Below, piece after piece: positions 50,592 through 58,664 of a stretch of DNA of 64,000 nt; position 1 is the stretch's first letter, and each line of letters begins with the position of its first letter. The stretch comes from Thainema sp. (lineage in GTDB: Bacteria; Cyanobacteriota; Cyanobacteriia; Phormidesmidales; Phormidesmidaceae): NCBI GenBank assembly GCA_052168235.1, contig JBQLZK010000001.1, forward strand, positions 224,001 to 288,000, given 5' to 3'. The notes beneath the pieces were generated by a model, which was not told where the DNA came from, made no database searches, and saw nothing but the letters and a program-made list of their open reading frames with translations. Position numbers and translations under genes: made by a program.

Positions 50592-50929
50592 TGTATCGGG
50601 GAGAAATTTGGTGGGCTAACCTACCCGATCCAGTGGGTTCAGAACCTGGATATCGTCGTCCCGTCTTGGTGATTCAGGATGATACATTTACCCAGAGCCG
50701 GATTCGCACTGTTATCGTCGTTATCATTACTTCCAATATTCAGTTAGCGGAAGCACCAGGCAATGTACTATTACCGCGTGAGGTATCCGGTTTGTCGAGA
50801 GATTCCGTTGTAAATGTCTCTCAAATTCTCACGCTCGATAAGACGTTTTTGGTTGAGCGTATTGGTTCACTACCGGACTACTTGCAGGAGGAGATAGACG
50901 AGGGGCTACGAACAGTTTTGTATCTCTAG
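50585..50929 (+). CDS. mazF: PemK/MazF family toxin, cassette 3
   Basis: RGEIWWA.L..P.GSEPG.RRPVLVIQ.D.F, SGL.RDSV.NVSQI.TLDK. Confidence 0.9.
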   Translation: MVMYRGEIWWANLPDPVGSEPGYRRPVLVIQDDTFTQSRIRTVIVVIITSNIQLAEAPGNVLLPREVSGLSRDSVVNVSQILTLDKTFLVERIGSLPDYLQEEIDEGLRTVLYL

Positions 50930-50935
50930 CAACGC

Positions 50936-50960
50936 CAGCTGCCCAGCCAATGGAGCGGCG
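50936..50960 (+). other. Decayed left arm of a third attC
   Basis: CAGCTGCC-CAGCC-AATGGAGCGG where CAGCTAAC (complement of GTTAGCTG) is expected. Confidence 0.45.
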
Positions 50961-50987
50961 AATATTAGTTTTTTATGAGCTGAGTTG

Positions 50988-51767
50988 TTAATCATCGACT
51001 AGCAAGAAGCGGCGATTCAGTGGCTGCACTGGGCGGGCATTCAGCGGGAAAATATCGCTGAATAGGCCAATTTGAGCTGGAGACACTTCAGTCGGCGTTT
51101 GGAACATCACCCATTTCACAATCTCGGAGCAGGGTGGCGTGGTCAGCGAGCCAAAGTAGCGATAGGTACTTTGATCGGCTGGCAGAAGCTGAGCAATGTC
51201 AATATTGACGCCAGGAATCGTGTCTTCAGCGCTGGGCTGACGCGGCATGGCGTCCCAAATGGGCTTCAGAACTCGATTTTCCGCACCTTCTTTCAGAAGA
51301 ACGCCCAGCACCGCCAAGTTGCCAGCGGCATTCTTATGCACAAAATGAGCCTCCATCGGCATCGTCTCACCCTCTACCGTATGTTCGCTGGGATGGTGAA
51401 AGTGAAACTGAAGCAAGTCATACCGCTCACCGTCAATCAGAATGTAGCTGCCCGGATCGGTGTTAATTTGAATCGCGTGGCCATTGTTGACGATGCGTAG
51501 GGGAACAGACTGATAATGCACACTTACGTTAGCCATATCCACCGCAATCCCTTCATGCAAATCAATCGGAGACTGCTGCATGCCAGCACCACAGGCTTGG
51601 TACTCCGGCGATAGATCATCCCATTCGCTGGGATTGTTCTCGCCGACATAGCCCCATTCGGCTCCTTGTTCACTTGCGATCGCATCTTTTAAAGACAGGT
51701 TGGTCAGACTCACGACCGCACTCATCGCAGCCAGCTTGAACATTTGTCGCCGATTGATCCCAGTCAA
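50988..51767 (-). CDS. ecaA: Alpha-class carbonic anhydrase with Tat signal
   Basis: NRRQMF twin-arginine, QSPID, QFHFH.PSEH, E.HFVH, GSLTTPPCSE. Confidence 0.9.
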   Translation of the reverse strand: MTGINRRQMFKLAAMSAVVSLTNLSLKDAIASEQGAEWGYVGENNPSEWDDLSPEYQACGAGMQQSPIDLHEGIAVDMANVSVHYQSVPLRIVNNGHAIQINTDPGSYILIDGERYDLLQFHFHHPSEHTVEGETMPMEAHFVHKNAAGNLAVLGVLLKEGAENRVLKPIWDAMPRQPSAEDTIPGVNIDIAQLLPADQSTYRYFGSLTTPPCSEIVKWVMFQTPTEVSPAQIGLFSDIFPLNARPVQPLNRRFLLVDD

Positions 51768-51800
51768 ATTGCTTGTCCTCTTCTATTACTGGTGGCCTAA

Positions 51801-51904
51801 TATCCAAGTCTGATTGAAAACCCATAATTTATTTTTGGTGAAATGTTTGCTCCGCAAATGTTTCACCAAAAATAAATTGGGTTCTTATATACAGACTTGA
51901 TATA
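51801..51904 (+). mobile_element. ~104-bp hairpin mini-element, family C copy 1
   Basis: CAAGTCTG...CAGACTTG ends, central stem capped by TTGCTCCGCAA; related to 55805-55904 and 57475-57569. Confidence 0.7.
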
Positions 51905-51976
51905 AGACGTGCCCCCAGTATATTTTTCCGATTCGGACGCTCCCGTTCACGTAATGAAATGATCCAAATCGATTTT

Positions 51977-52069
51977 TATAGCTGTAGTCAGCGCTGTTAG
52001 AGCACGGACGTTTTGTGGCGCGGCTGCGCCGCACCACAAAACGTCCTGACCAATACGACTATGGCTATA
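51977..52069 (+). mobile_element. 93-bp family-B mini-element
   Basis: TATAGCTGTAGTCAGC...GGACGTTTTGTGG...CCACAAAACGTCC...GCTATA. Confidence 0.72.
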
Positions 52070-52177
52070 TTTGACGGTAATCCGCCTATCGGTATCTCGA
52101 CAGAGTCAAGGGTAAGGCACGCATAATATAATAGAAAGCAAGAATATTAAATTTTGTAAACAGAATCTCATTAAATT

Positions 52178-52858
52178 ATGAGTCAGGTAGACCTCGACTA
52201 TATTGCCACCCAACTGGAAAGCGACCAGTCCCGCGATCGCATGATTGCGCTGGCCCAACTGCGCGATGTACCTGCGGTTGATGCCGTACCGCTGATCAAA
52301 AAAGTGTTGGAAGATGACAACTTGCAAATTCGCTCAATGGCGGTATTTGCGCTGGGTATCAAGCAGACAGATGACTGCTATCCCATTCTGATTAGGCTGC
52401 TGGAGAACGACCCCGACTACGGCATTCGGGCCGATGCGGCGGGCGCGTTAGGTTACTTAGAAGATCCACGGGCGCTGGAGCCACTGATGCGAGCCTTTTA
52501 CGAAGACACCGACTGGTTGGTGCGATTCAGTGCTGCTGTGTCGCTGGGTAATCTAAAAGACCAGCGGGCGCGGGATGCCCTGGTGCAGGCGTTGGATAGT
52601 AAAGAAGTGGTGCTGCAACAAGCTGCGATCGCAGCTTTGGGTGAAATCAAAGATGTGACCGCCGTTGATGAAGTGCTGCGCTTTGCTCAGTCCGATGACT
52701 GGCTGGTGCGGCAGCGGTTAGCGGAAGCACTGGGACATTTACCGACTAAAAAGAGCCGTTCGGCGCTCAAGTTCCTCTCAAAAGATGCTCATCCCCAGGT
52801 AGCAGAAGCCGCTCGCATTTCTATTGAACGTCTAGATGCATTAACAATTGACGAATAG
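52178..52858 (+). CDS. PBS-lyase HEAT-repeat protein (NblB-like)
   Basis: Repeats RSMAVFALG, RADAAGALG, DWLVRFSAAVSLG, DWLVRQRLAEALG. Confidence 0.85.
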   Translation: MSQVDLDYIATQLESDQSRDRMIALAQLRDVPAVDAVPLIKKVLEDDNLQIRSMAVFALGIKQTDDCYPILIRLLENDPDYGIRADAAGALGYLEDPRALEPLMRAFYEDTDWLVRFSAAVSLGNLKDQRARDALVQALDSKEVVLQQAAIAALGEIKDVTAVDEVLRFAQSDDWLVRQRLAEALGHLPTKKSRSALKFLSKDAHPQVAEAARISIERLDALTIDE

Positions 52859-52887
52859 AAGTTACATTTTGGTACCTTAAGCCAAAC

Positions 52888-52926
52888 AAGAGAGGGAGCC
52901 ACCGCAATGCGGTGGCTCCCTCTCTT
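52888..52926. terminator. Perfect hairpin terminator
   Basis: AAGAGAGGGAGCCACCGCA-A-TGCGGTGGCTCCCTCTCTT after the HEAT gene. Confidence 0.7.
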
Positions 52927-53010
52927 TATAAATTTGGTTGTGCAAGTTAGACGATTGGCCACCAGCGTTTCATCCTGAATAGCGAGGACAGTCTCAGAAA
53001 AGGGAAATAA

Positions 53011-55788
53011 GTGCCTCTTCAAAAGTGCGATCGCGTGATTGACCCTGTTTCCCAAAACGTCCAGCGCCTAAATCAGAAAACTTACCAGCAACTCCGGCTA
53101 GCGCTGAGCCTCAACCTTCGTCGTCAGATTCTGATTGCCGTCTGCGACGACTTCTATCTGCGCGACCATATCGCTCACCAGCTTCAGCAGGATCTAGCCT
53201 CAGCTCATCCCTCCTATCAGCTTTCGGCAGCACCCTCGATTCAGTTCGTCACGCTCAAGCTCAACCTCAAGCATCCCGATCCCTATTTGCAGATTGTGGC
53301 CTGGTTGAAACAGCAGGCCAGCGCAGGCATTCGCTATCCGGCGGGTACGTCAATTCAAGTGCAGATTTTCGGTGTAGAGGGACTCACGCGACAGTCAGCT
53401 CGGGTTCAGCGCGAGTTTCTTAATGCGCTGCGTAGCACTGAGCGGCGGTTGCCCCATTTGGATGTCAATATTCTGCTGTGGTTGCCGCGTCCTTGGGCCT
53501 ATACCGTGCGAGAATCAGCACCGGAATTTTGGCGCTGGCGATCGCGGGTGTTTGAATTCGTCAGCAATCCAACGCCGACTCACGACATTGCCGCTGACGT
53601 TCAGCCGTCATCGCCTCCCACCCATCCACCGTCTGCCAATCGGTTTCCGCCAGCGGCAGGGCCATCCAGTCCAAGTGCGACACCACCGATCCAACCCGCC
53701 GCGCCGCGCATCAGTCCCACTCGTCCGCCTGCGCCCATTCCGCCACCGCCGCGCCCCAGCCAGCCCAGTTCCGAACCACCGAATTACCCAACCTCGAATC
53801 CATCTCCACCGCCTTTTCAGCCACCGTCTCCTCCGCCTGCAACACAACCAACCGATGCTCCACCGGATGATCCGCTACCGGATTTGTGGGCACTGTTGCA
53901 GCAGGATCTCAACCGATTAGAGACTGATCCACCCTCAGATAATCGTCCGTCCGGCTATTTGTTGCAGCCGCAGGATGCTCCCGTTAGTCAGCAGCCACCT
54001 GTCCTGCCGCCACAGCCAACCCCAATCAAACCTACGGTTGAATCAGTTGATGTTGGCGTGCCGACAGATTCGACAAACGCACCTGTAGCTCCCGCAAGAC
54101 GCGAGGTTCAAGACGGTCAGTCTTCTCCCCGTGATATCACAACAGAAGTTGCAACAGAATCTGTAACAGAATCTGTAACAGAAGCAATTTCAACTGAGCA
54201 AGTAGAACCTACAGTTGAGAGTCCGTCTGAAATTTCGCCTGCGTTGCCGAAATTCGATTCGCAGGAAGAAACGACTACTCAGCCCTTAACCGTGTCGCTC
54301 CTGTCGCCTGAGCTGGACGATTCGCTGCCTCACGTTTCAGTCTTACCCGGCGTGATTGGCGATGGTACGGACTTGGCGCTGCCGACGATTACGACGCTCA
54401 ATCCAGCCACGGGCACCAACACTAACTTCTCCTGGCTGAGTGAAACGGAGTCGAGCCAGCCGATTGTACATGTGCTCTCGCAGCAGCATAGTGCTGTCCT
54501 CGCCGCCACGCCATCTACCACAACAGCCGTCGTCGAAGAAGACAGTGATGAAGCCGTGCGGGCAGTACTGCGCTACATCAATGAGCAGCAGCAGCAGCGC
54601 CCGCCCAATCCGGAATTTTTGGCCTATGCCTATCAGGATTTAGGTAATCTGTATCGCGATCGCATTGATGCAGGCGATGCGTCGGTGCAGACATTGACCA
54701 ATGCCATTCAAGCCTATGAGCAGGGTTTGCACTGGGCGGATAAGGCTGTCATTTCAGTGCCGGATGTGCTGAACGACTTGGGTAATCTCTACTGGCTCCA
54801 GTCGCGCTATGCGGTGCAACCAGAGCAGGCAATTTTGAATCTGCAGCAGAGTATTGAGACTTATCAGCGGGCATTGAATCAAGTGTCGCTGCGTCGTCAG
54901 CCGGATGTATATGCGATGGTGCAGCACAATGTGGGCACAGCTTACGGTGACTTAGCCCAGTACAAGAATGCCGTTGAGCATTTGCAGAGCGCGGTGTACT
55001 GCTACGAGCAGGCACTCCAGTATCGTTCTCCCGATACTCATCTGGCGCAGTACGTGGCCACGCAGAACAACTTGGGTACGGCTTACTGGAAGCTGTCGCA
55101 GCATGATCATGCCAATGTCTACTTGCGGCAGGCGGTGGCGGCCTATGAGGAAGCGCTGAAATACTCGTCTCCCGATGAGAATGGCCTACACTACGCCATG
55201 ATTCAAAACAATCTCAGCACGACCTACTGGCAACTGGCGCAGTATGAGAAACCGATTGAATATTTGCAGCAGGCGATCGCAGGTTATGAGCAAGCGTTAC
55301 AGTACCGTACGCTGGAGTATCCGGCTTCCCATGCTTCGACACAGAACAACCGAGGCGCAGCCTATCGGCAACTGGCTCAGTATTTTGTAGACGTTCCAGA
55401 TACTCAGCGGTCTTACTTGGAAAGTGCGATCGCAGCTTATACCCAAGCCTTACAAGCTGTGGAACAGCATCAACAGCAGGCCAGTATGCCGCTCAGTTTT
55501 GACATTGGCAGCACCTATAACGGCCTAGCCTCGGCCCATCATCAACTGGTACAGGCTGCACCGGATTTGAGTTTGCCAGAAAAATCGCGCCATCTGGATC
55601 GGGCGCTGCAATTCTTCCTGCAAGCCTTGTCCTACTGGCAAGATGATGCCGAACTGGGTCAGTCCATTGTGCGATCGCTGATTCAGGTGACGCGCACCTA
55701 TTACAAGGAGTGCGGCATGGATGGGCAAAATGCTGCGTTGGCACAGATTCCGGCTCATTTGTTGCCCCAAATTTTGACCCAGCTGTAG
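53011..55788 (+). CDS. TPR-repeat protein with N-terminal SAPEFWRW domain and Pro-rich linker
   Basis: Repeats of YA..QNNLG.AY..L; Pro/Ser/Thr-rich middle. Confidence 0.85.
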   Translation: MPLQKCDRVIDPVSQNVQRLNQKTYQQLRLALSLNLRRQILIAVCDDFYLRDHIAHQLQQDLASAHPSYQLSAAPSIQFVTLKLNLKHPDPYLQIVAWLKQQASAGIRYPAGTSIQVQIFGVEGLTRQSARVQREFLNALRSTERRLPHLDVNILLWLPRPWAYTVRESAPEFWRWRSRVFEFVSNPTPTHDIAADVQPSSPPTHPPSANRFPPAAGPSSPSATPPIQPAAPRISPTRPPAPIPPPPRPSQPSSEPPNYPTSNPSPPPFQPPSPPPATQPTDAPPDDPLPDLWALLQQDLNRLETDPPSDNRPSGYLLQPQDAPVSQQPPVLPPQPTPIKPTVESVDVGVPTDSTNAPVAPARREVQDGQSSPRDITTEVATESVTESVTEAISTEQVEPTVESPSEISPALPKFDSQEETTTQPLTVSLLSPELDDSLPHVSVLPGVIGDGTDLALPTITTLNPATGTNTNFSWLSETESSQPIVHVLSQQHSAVLAATPSTTTAVVEEDSDEAVRAVLRYINEQQQQRPPNPEFLAYAYQDLGNLYRDRIDAGDASVQTLTNAIQAYEQGLHWADKAVISVPDVLNDLGNLYWLQSRYAVQPEQAILNLQQSIETYQRALNQVSLRRQPDVYAMVQHNVGTAYGDLAQYKNAVEHLQSAVYCYEQALQYRSPDTHLAQYVATQNNLGTAYWKLSQHDHANVYLRQAVAAYEEALKYSSPDENGLHYAMIQNNLSTTYWQLAQYEKPIEYLQQAIAGYEQALQYRTLEYPASHASTQNNRGAAYRQLAQYFVDVPDTQRSYLESAIAAYTQALQAVEQHQQQASMPLSFDIGSTYNGLASAHHQLVQAAPDLSLPEKSRHLDRALQFFLQALSYWQDDAELGQSIVRSLIQVTRTYYKECGMDGQNAALAQIPAHLLPQILTQL

Positions 55789-55804
55789 CGTTTGACGTTA
55801 TTGG

Positions 55805-55904
55805 ATCAAGTCTGGTTAAAAATCATCATTTATTTATTGTGAAACAGTTGCTCCGCAACCGTTTCACAATAAATAAATTGGGTTCTTATACGCAGACTTG
55901 GTAT
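55805..55904 (+). mobile_element. Family-C mini-element copy 2
   Basis: ATCAAGTCTG...GTGAAACAGTTGCTCCGCAACCGTTTCAC...AATTGGGTTCTTATA..CAGACTTGG. Confidence 0.7.
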
Positions 55905-56077
55905 TACAGCAGTTCAACGAATGAGAACAATCGCCACAAGTCTTATAAATCACGACATAGAAATTCAAACTGGCCAATATTTCGCTAAATTTCGAAAAAT
56001 TAGTTTTGTGGACGCTATATAGAGCGTTTGAAACGGCTGAATTTCTTCTACTCACACAATCAGCGCTCAAACAACAA

Positions 56078-56240
56078 CCCCTCCGTGAATCCACGGAGGG
56101 GATATTAAGTGAACCAGCCAAGCAATTGTTTTTTAAATGGCAAACAATCGTCGTCTCGACGGGTTAATCTAGATCTAGCAAGATGATGTTCACGGTTCCA
56201 AAAAGCCGCACCTCATTCTACAGAGGATCGGCTTTTTTTT
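56078..56240 (+). ncRNA. Candidate structured ncRNA or leader ending in an intrinsic terminator
   Basis: Perfect 10-bp hairpin 56078-56101, GTGAAC/GTTCAC closing stem, terminator 56200-56240. Confidence 0.4.
56200..56240 (+). terminator. Intrinsic terminator about 40 nt before cbiD
   Basis: AAAAAGCCG...CGGC followed by T8. Confidence 0.7.
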
Positions 56241-56281
56241 GTTCGCTTTCTACCAATTTTTTTAAGACTTCATCCCGCTCT

Positions 56282-57448
56282 ATGACAGATTTGGATCGTC
56301 AACTCGCTGATCCCACCTCTGATCTCGCACCTCGTTCGGGTTACACGCTGCCTGTTTTTGCCTGTGCATCTGCGATCGCAGCTTTGAAACATCTCCAATC
56401 TCCCACTCAACCGATTACTGCCGTTGCGGTCAATCTGCTGGAACCGCCTCAAACCGTAGAGATTACCGTTGAACAAGTTGCCTTGCTTGCTGAGGGATCG
56501 GCTCTGGCCATCACCCGCAGCGACCCTGGCGATAATCTAGACTTGACTCGCGATACACCCGTTTGGGCCAAGGTCGAATGGGGCGATTCCAGTCAGGCTG
56601 AACCGATTGAACTGATCGGTGGCTTCGGTATTGGCAAGCGGGAAGACAGTGGCCAAGCCGCCATCTACCGCTACGCTACCCAGCTTTTGCAGGCGAATTT
56701 GCAAGCTCTTTTACAGCCCGACGACCGCATCCGCGTCACCTTGATTTTGCCGGACGGACAGGCGCTGGCCGAACGAACATCCAATGCCGCCTTTGGCGTG
56801 GTGGACGGACTTTCGCTGCTGGGCACAACGGGAATTTCGCAACCGCTCAGCGCTCCCGGACAGCTTGAAACCTATCGCCAGCAGCTCCGCCAGGTGGCCA
56901 CACAGGGGCATCATCCCGTTGTCTTTTGCATTGGCGAAAACGGTTTGGATCTGGCTGGCCATCTGGGAATTCCCGCCGCACAGCGAATTAAAACGGCCAA
57001 CTGGCTTGGCCCGCTGCTGGTGGAGGCTTGTCTGCTGGGCATTCCGTCGATTCTGCTGTTTGGCTATCACGGCAAGTTAATTAAACTCGCGGGCGGCATT
57101 TTTCACACCCATCACCATGTAGCCGATGGTCGCCAAGAAATTTTGACCGCTTGTTGCGTGGCTGTGGGGGTTCCAACTGCGATCGCACAACAAATCCTAA
57201 CCAGCCCCACCACCGAAGCGGCGCTCAATACGCTGCGCACACTGGATCAGGAAACCGGATCAACCTGGGTATCCCAGGTTTACGGCGAGGTGGCCCAGCG
57301 GATTGATCTGCGATCGCAGATGTATATCGCCAAACACACAGATCAAGCCCAAGCCCAATCCATCACCATCGGCTCACTGTTATTCGACCGTCAGCGCCAG
57401 GTGATTTGCACAAGTGAACAGGGGGCTGCACTCCTCGCCAAGTTTTAA
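56282..57448 (+). CDS. cbiD: Cobalt-precorrin-5B C1-methyltransferase
   Basis: RSGYTLPVFACA, SDPGDNLDLT, RTSNAAFGVVDGLSLLGT, GYHGKLIKLAGGIFHTH. Confidence 0.93.
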   Translation: MTDLDRQLADPTSDLAPRSGYTLPVFACASAIAALKHLQSPTQPITAVAVNLLEPPQTVEITVEQVALLAEGSALAITRSDPGDNLDLTRDTPVWAKVEWGDSSQAEPIELIGGFGIGKREDSGQAAIYRYATQLLQANLQALLQPDDRIRVTLILPDGQALAERTSNAAFGVVDGLSLLGTTGISQPLSAPGQLETYRQQLRQVATQGHHPVVFCIGENGLDLAGHLGIPAAQRIKTANWLGPLLVEACLLGIPSILLFGYHGKLIKLAGGIFHTHHHVADGRQEILTACCVAVGVPTAIAQQILTSPTTEAALNTLRTLDQETGSTWVSQVYGEVAQRIDLRSQMYIAKHTDQAQAQSITIGSLLFDRQRQVICTSEQGAALLAKF

Positions 57449-57474
57449 ATTTGTTCTCCAAATTTAGGTTACAA

Positions 57475-57569
57475 AATCCGGCTAAAATCCGACGATTTGT
57501 TTTTATGAAAAGCTGGCTTAGCCGACCTTTCATAAAAAACAAATTGGGTTTTATAAACAGGCTGGATAT
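57475..57569 (+). repeat. Diverged family-C mini-element copy 3
   Basis: ATTTGTTTTTATGAAA...TTTCATAAAAAACAAATTGGGTTTTATAAACAGGCTGGATAT. Confidence 0.55.
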
Positions 57570-57698
57570 GACTGAGAATTTTTTGAAGTCCTGAAATCAC
57601 GACAGCCCGAACTCAGCTCCACCAGGCGATTCTAGCTTGAAAACGATACAATAGAAGGGTGGGTGACGGTCTAAAATCATTCACTCTGGAGGGAATTC

Positions 57699-58097
57699 AT
57701 GTCATCACTGTATACGCCTCACAAGCCCAATTTGTCACTCGAAGATTATCCTCACGCGATCGCAAAACTGCGAGCGGCCATCGCCCGATGTAACCAAAAA
57801 ATTGCTCGTTTAGAAGCCAATATTGATCGCCGAAAGGCCCAGTTTGATCTAGCTGTGGCGGAAGATGCCGATCTGCGCAACGAAACCCAACGCCGAGCAG
57901 CCTGGAAGGAATGCGCTTTTGCAGACGATGAGTATCAAACTTGGCTCAAGCGATTATGGCATCAGCAACAGATTCGCACACAGCACGAAATCAAGCTGGA
58001 ACTGCTGCGCAGCTCATTTTCAGTGGCAAAATTGCAGGTTCGAAAAGCGATCGCAGATGCTTTGGCCGATAGCGAAGGGTTGGCTTTAGTGGCCTAA
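57699..58097 (+). CDS. Hypothetical coiled-coil protein
   Basis: GGAGG RBS; L.DYP.AIA...DLRNETQR.A...LELLR..FSVAKL. Confidence 0.75.
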   Translation: MSSLYTPHKPNLSLEDYPHAIAKLRAAIARCNQKIARLEANIDRRKAQFDLAVAEDADLRNETQRRAAWKECAFADDEYQTWLKRLWHQQQIRTQHEIKLELLRSSFSVAKLQVRKAIADALADSEGLALVA

Positions 58098-58664
58098 CTC
58101 CATTGGGCCAACCGTTTCCTATCAGGGAAGCCGAAACGCCACGGAATCCCCTAATTTTGGGCCTTTAATTTCAAGCTTTCTTGTCGAGCCGTGTAAGTCA
58201 TAAGAGCTGGTTTAATCTCCAGCTCTACCTAGATTTAGCTGAGATTTTTGGGTTGCACTTCTGCTGTTTTTCTGAGACACTAGGCAAAATTATTTAAAAT
58301 CTGTTCTTTCGGCAACTCTCCTGGCGTGGCTTCTATAATGACTGAATTACTAGATGCCAGCAATGGAGAGAAACTTTAGCAAATGGATTGGGCTTAAACA
58401 AAGCCTCTGTCTCTTATCTCTTCAAATAACTTCAAATAAACTGTTATACACGCTCAAACTAATCAGGGAAACGTCCGTCAAGGGATGCGTACGCGCTAGT
58501 CCACTGACGGAGCCTATTGGCATCGCTAACATGTTTGACCTGTGATTACCGTTGATTCATACAGATGATCTGATGATCTGAACTAGATCCAAGCAGCTCA
58601 ATGGCAAACTGGTTCGCCAGTGCTGTTATATTTTTGTTCTTATAATCCAACCCAGGGTATTGAC

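Larger units (their letters stand above)
47764..50960 (+). mobile_element. Integron-type gene-cassette array, no integrase in window (CALIN-like)
   Basis: Three co-oriented cassettes, each starting at a GTTAG core matched by a complementary site after its last gene; two full attC sites. Confidence 0.8.

Noticed and set aside
45805..51767. Integron integrase or transposase next to the cassette array
   Set aside because: Flanking ORFs are TetR, MATE and carbonic anhydrase; no tyrosine-recombinase or DDE/HUH motifs were recognised anywhere in the window.
56020..56281. Cobalamin riboswitch upstream of cbiD
   Set aside because: No GGGAA/ACTG core or B12-box could be found.
58354..58545. 63-aa ORF upstream of guaA
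   Set aside because: No RBS or protein-like features, and it overlaps predicted hairpins.
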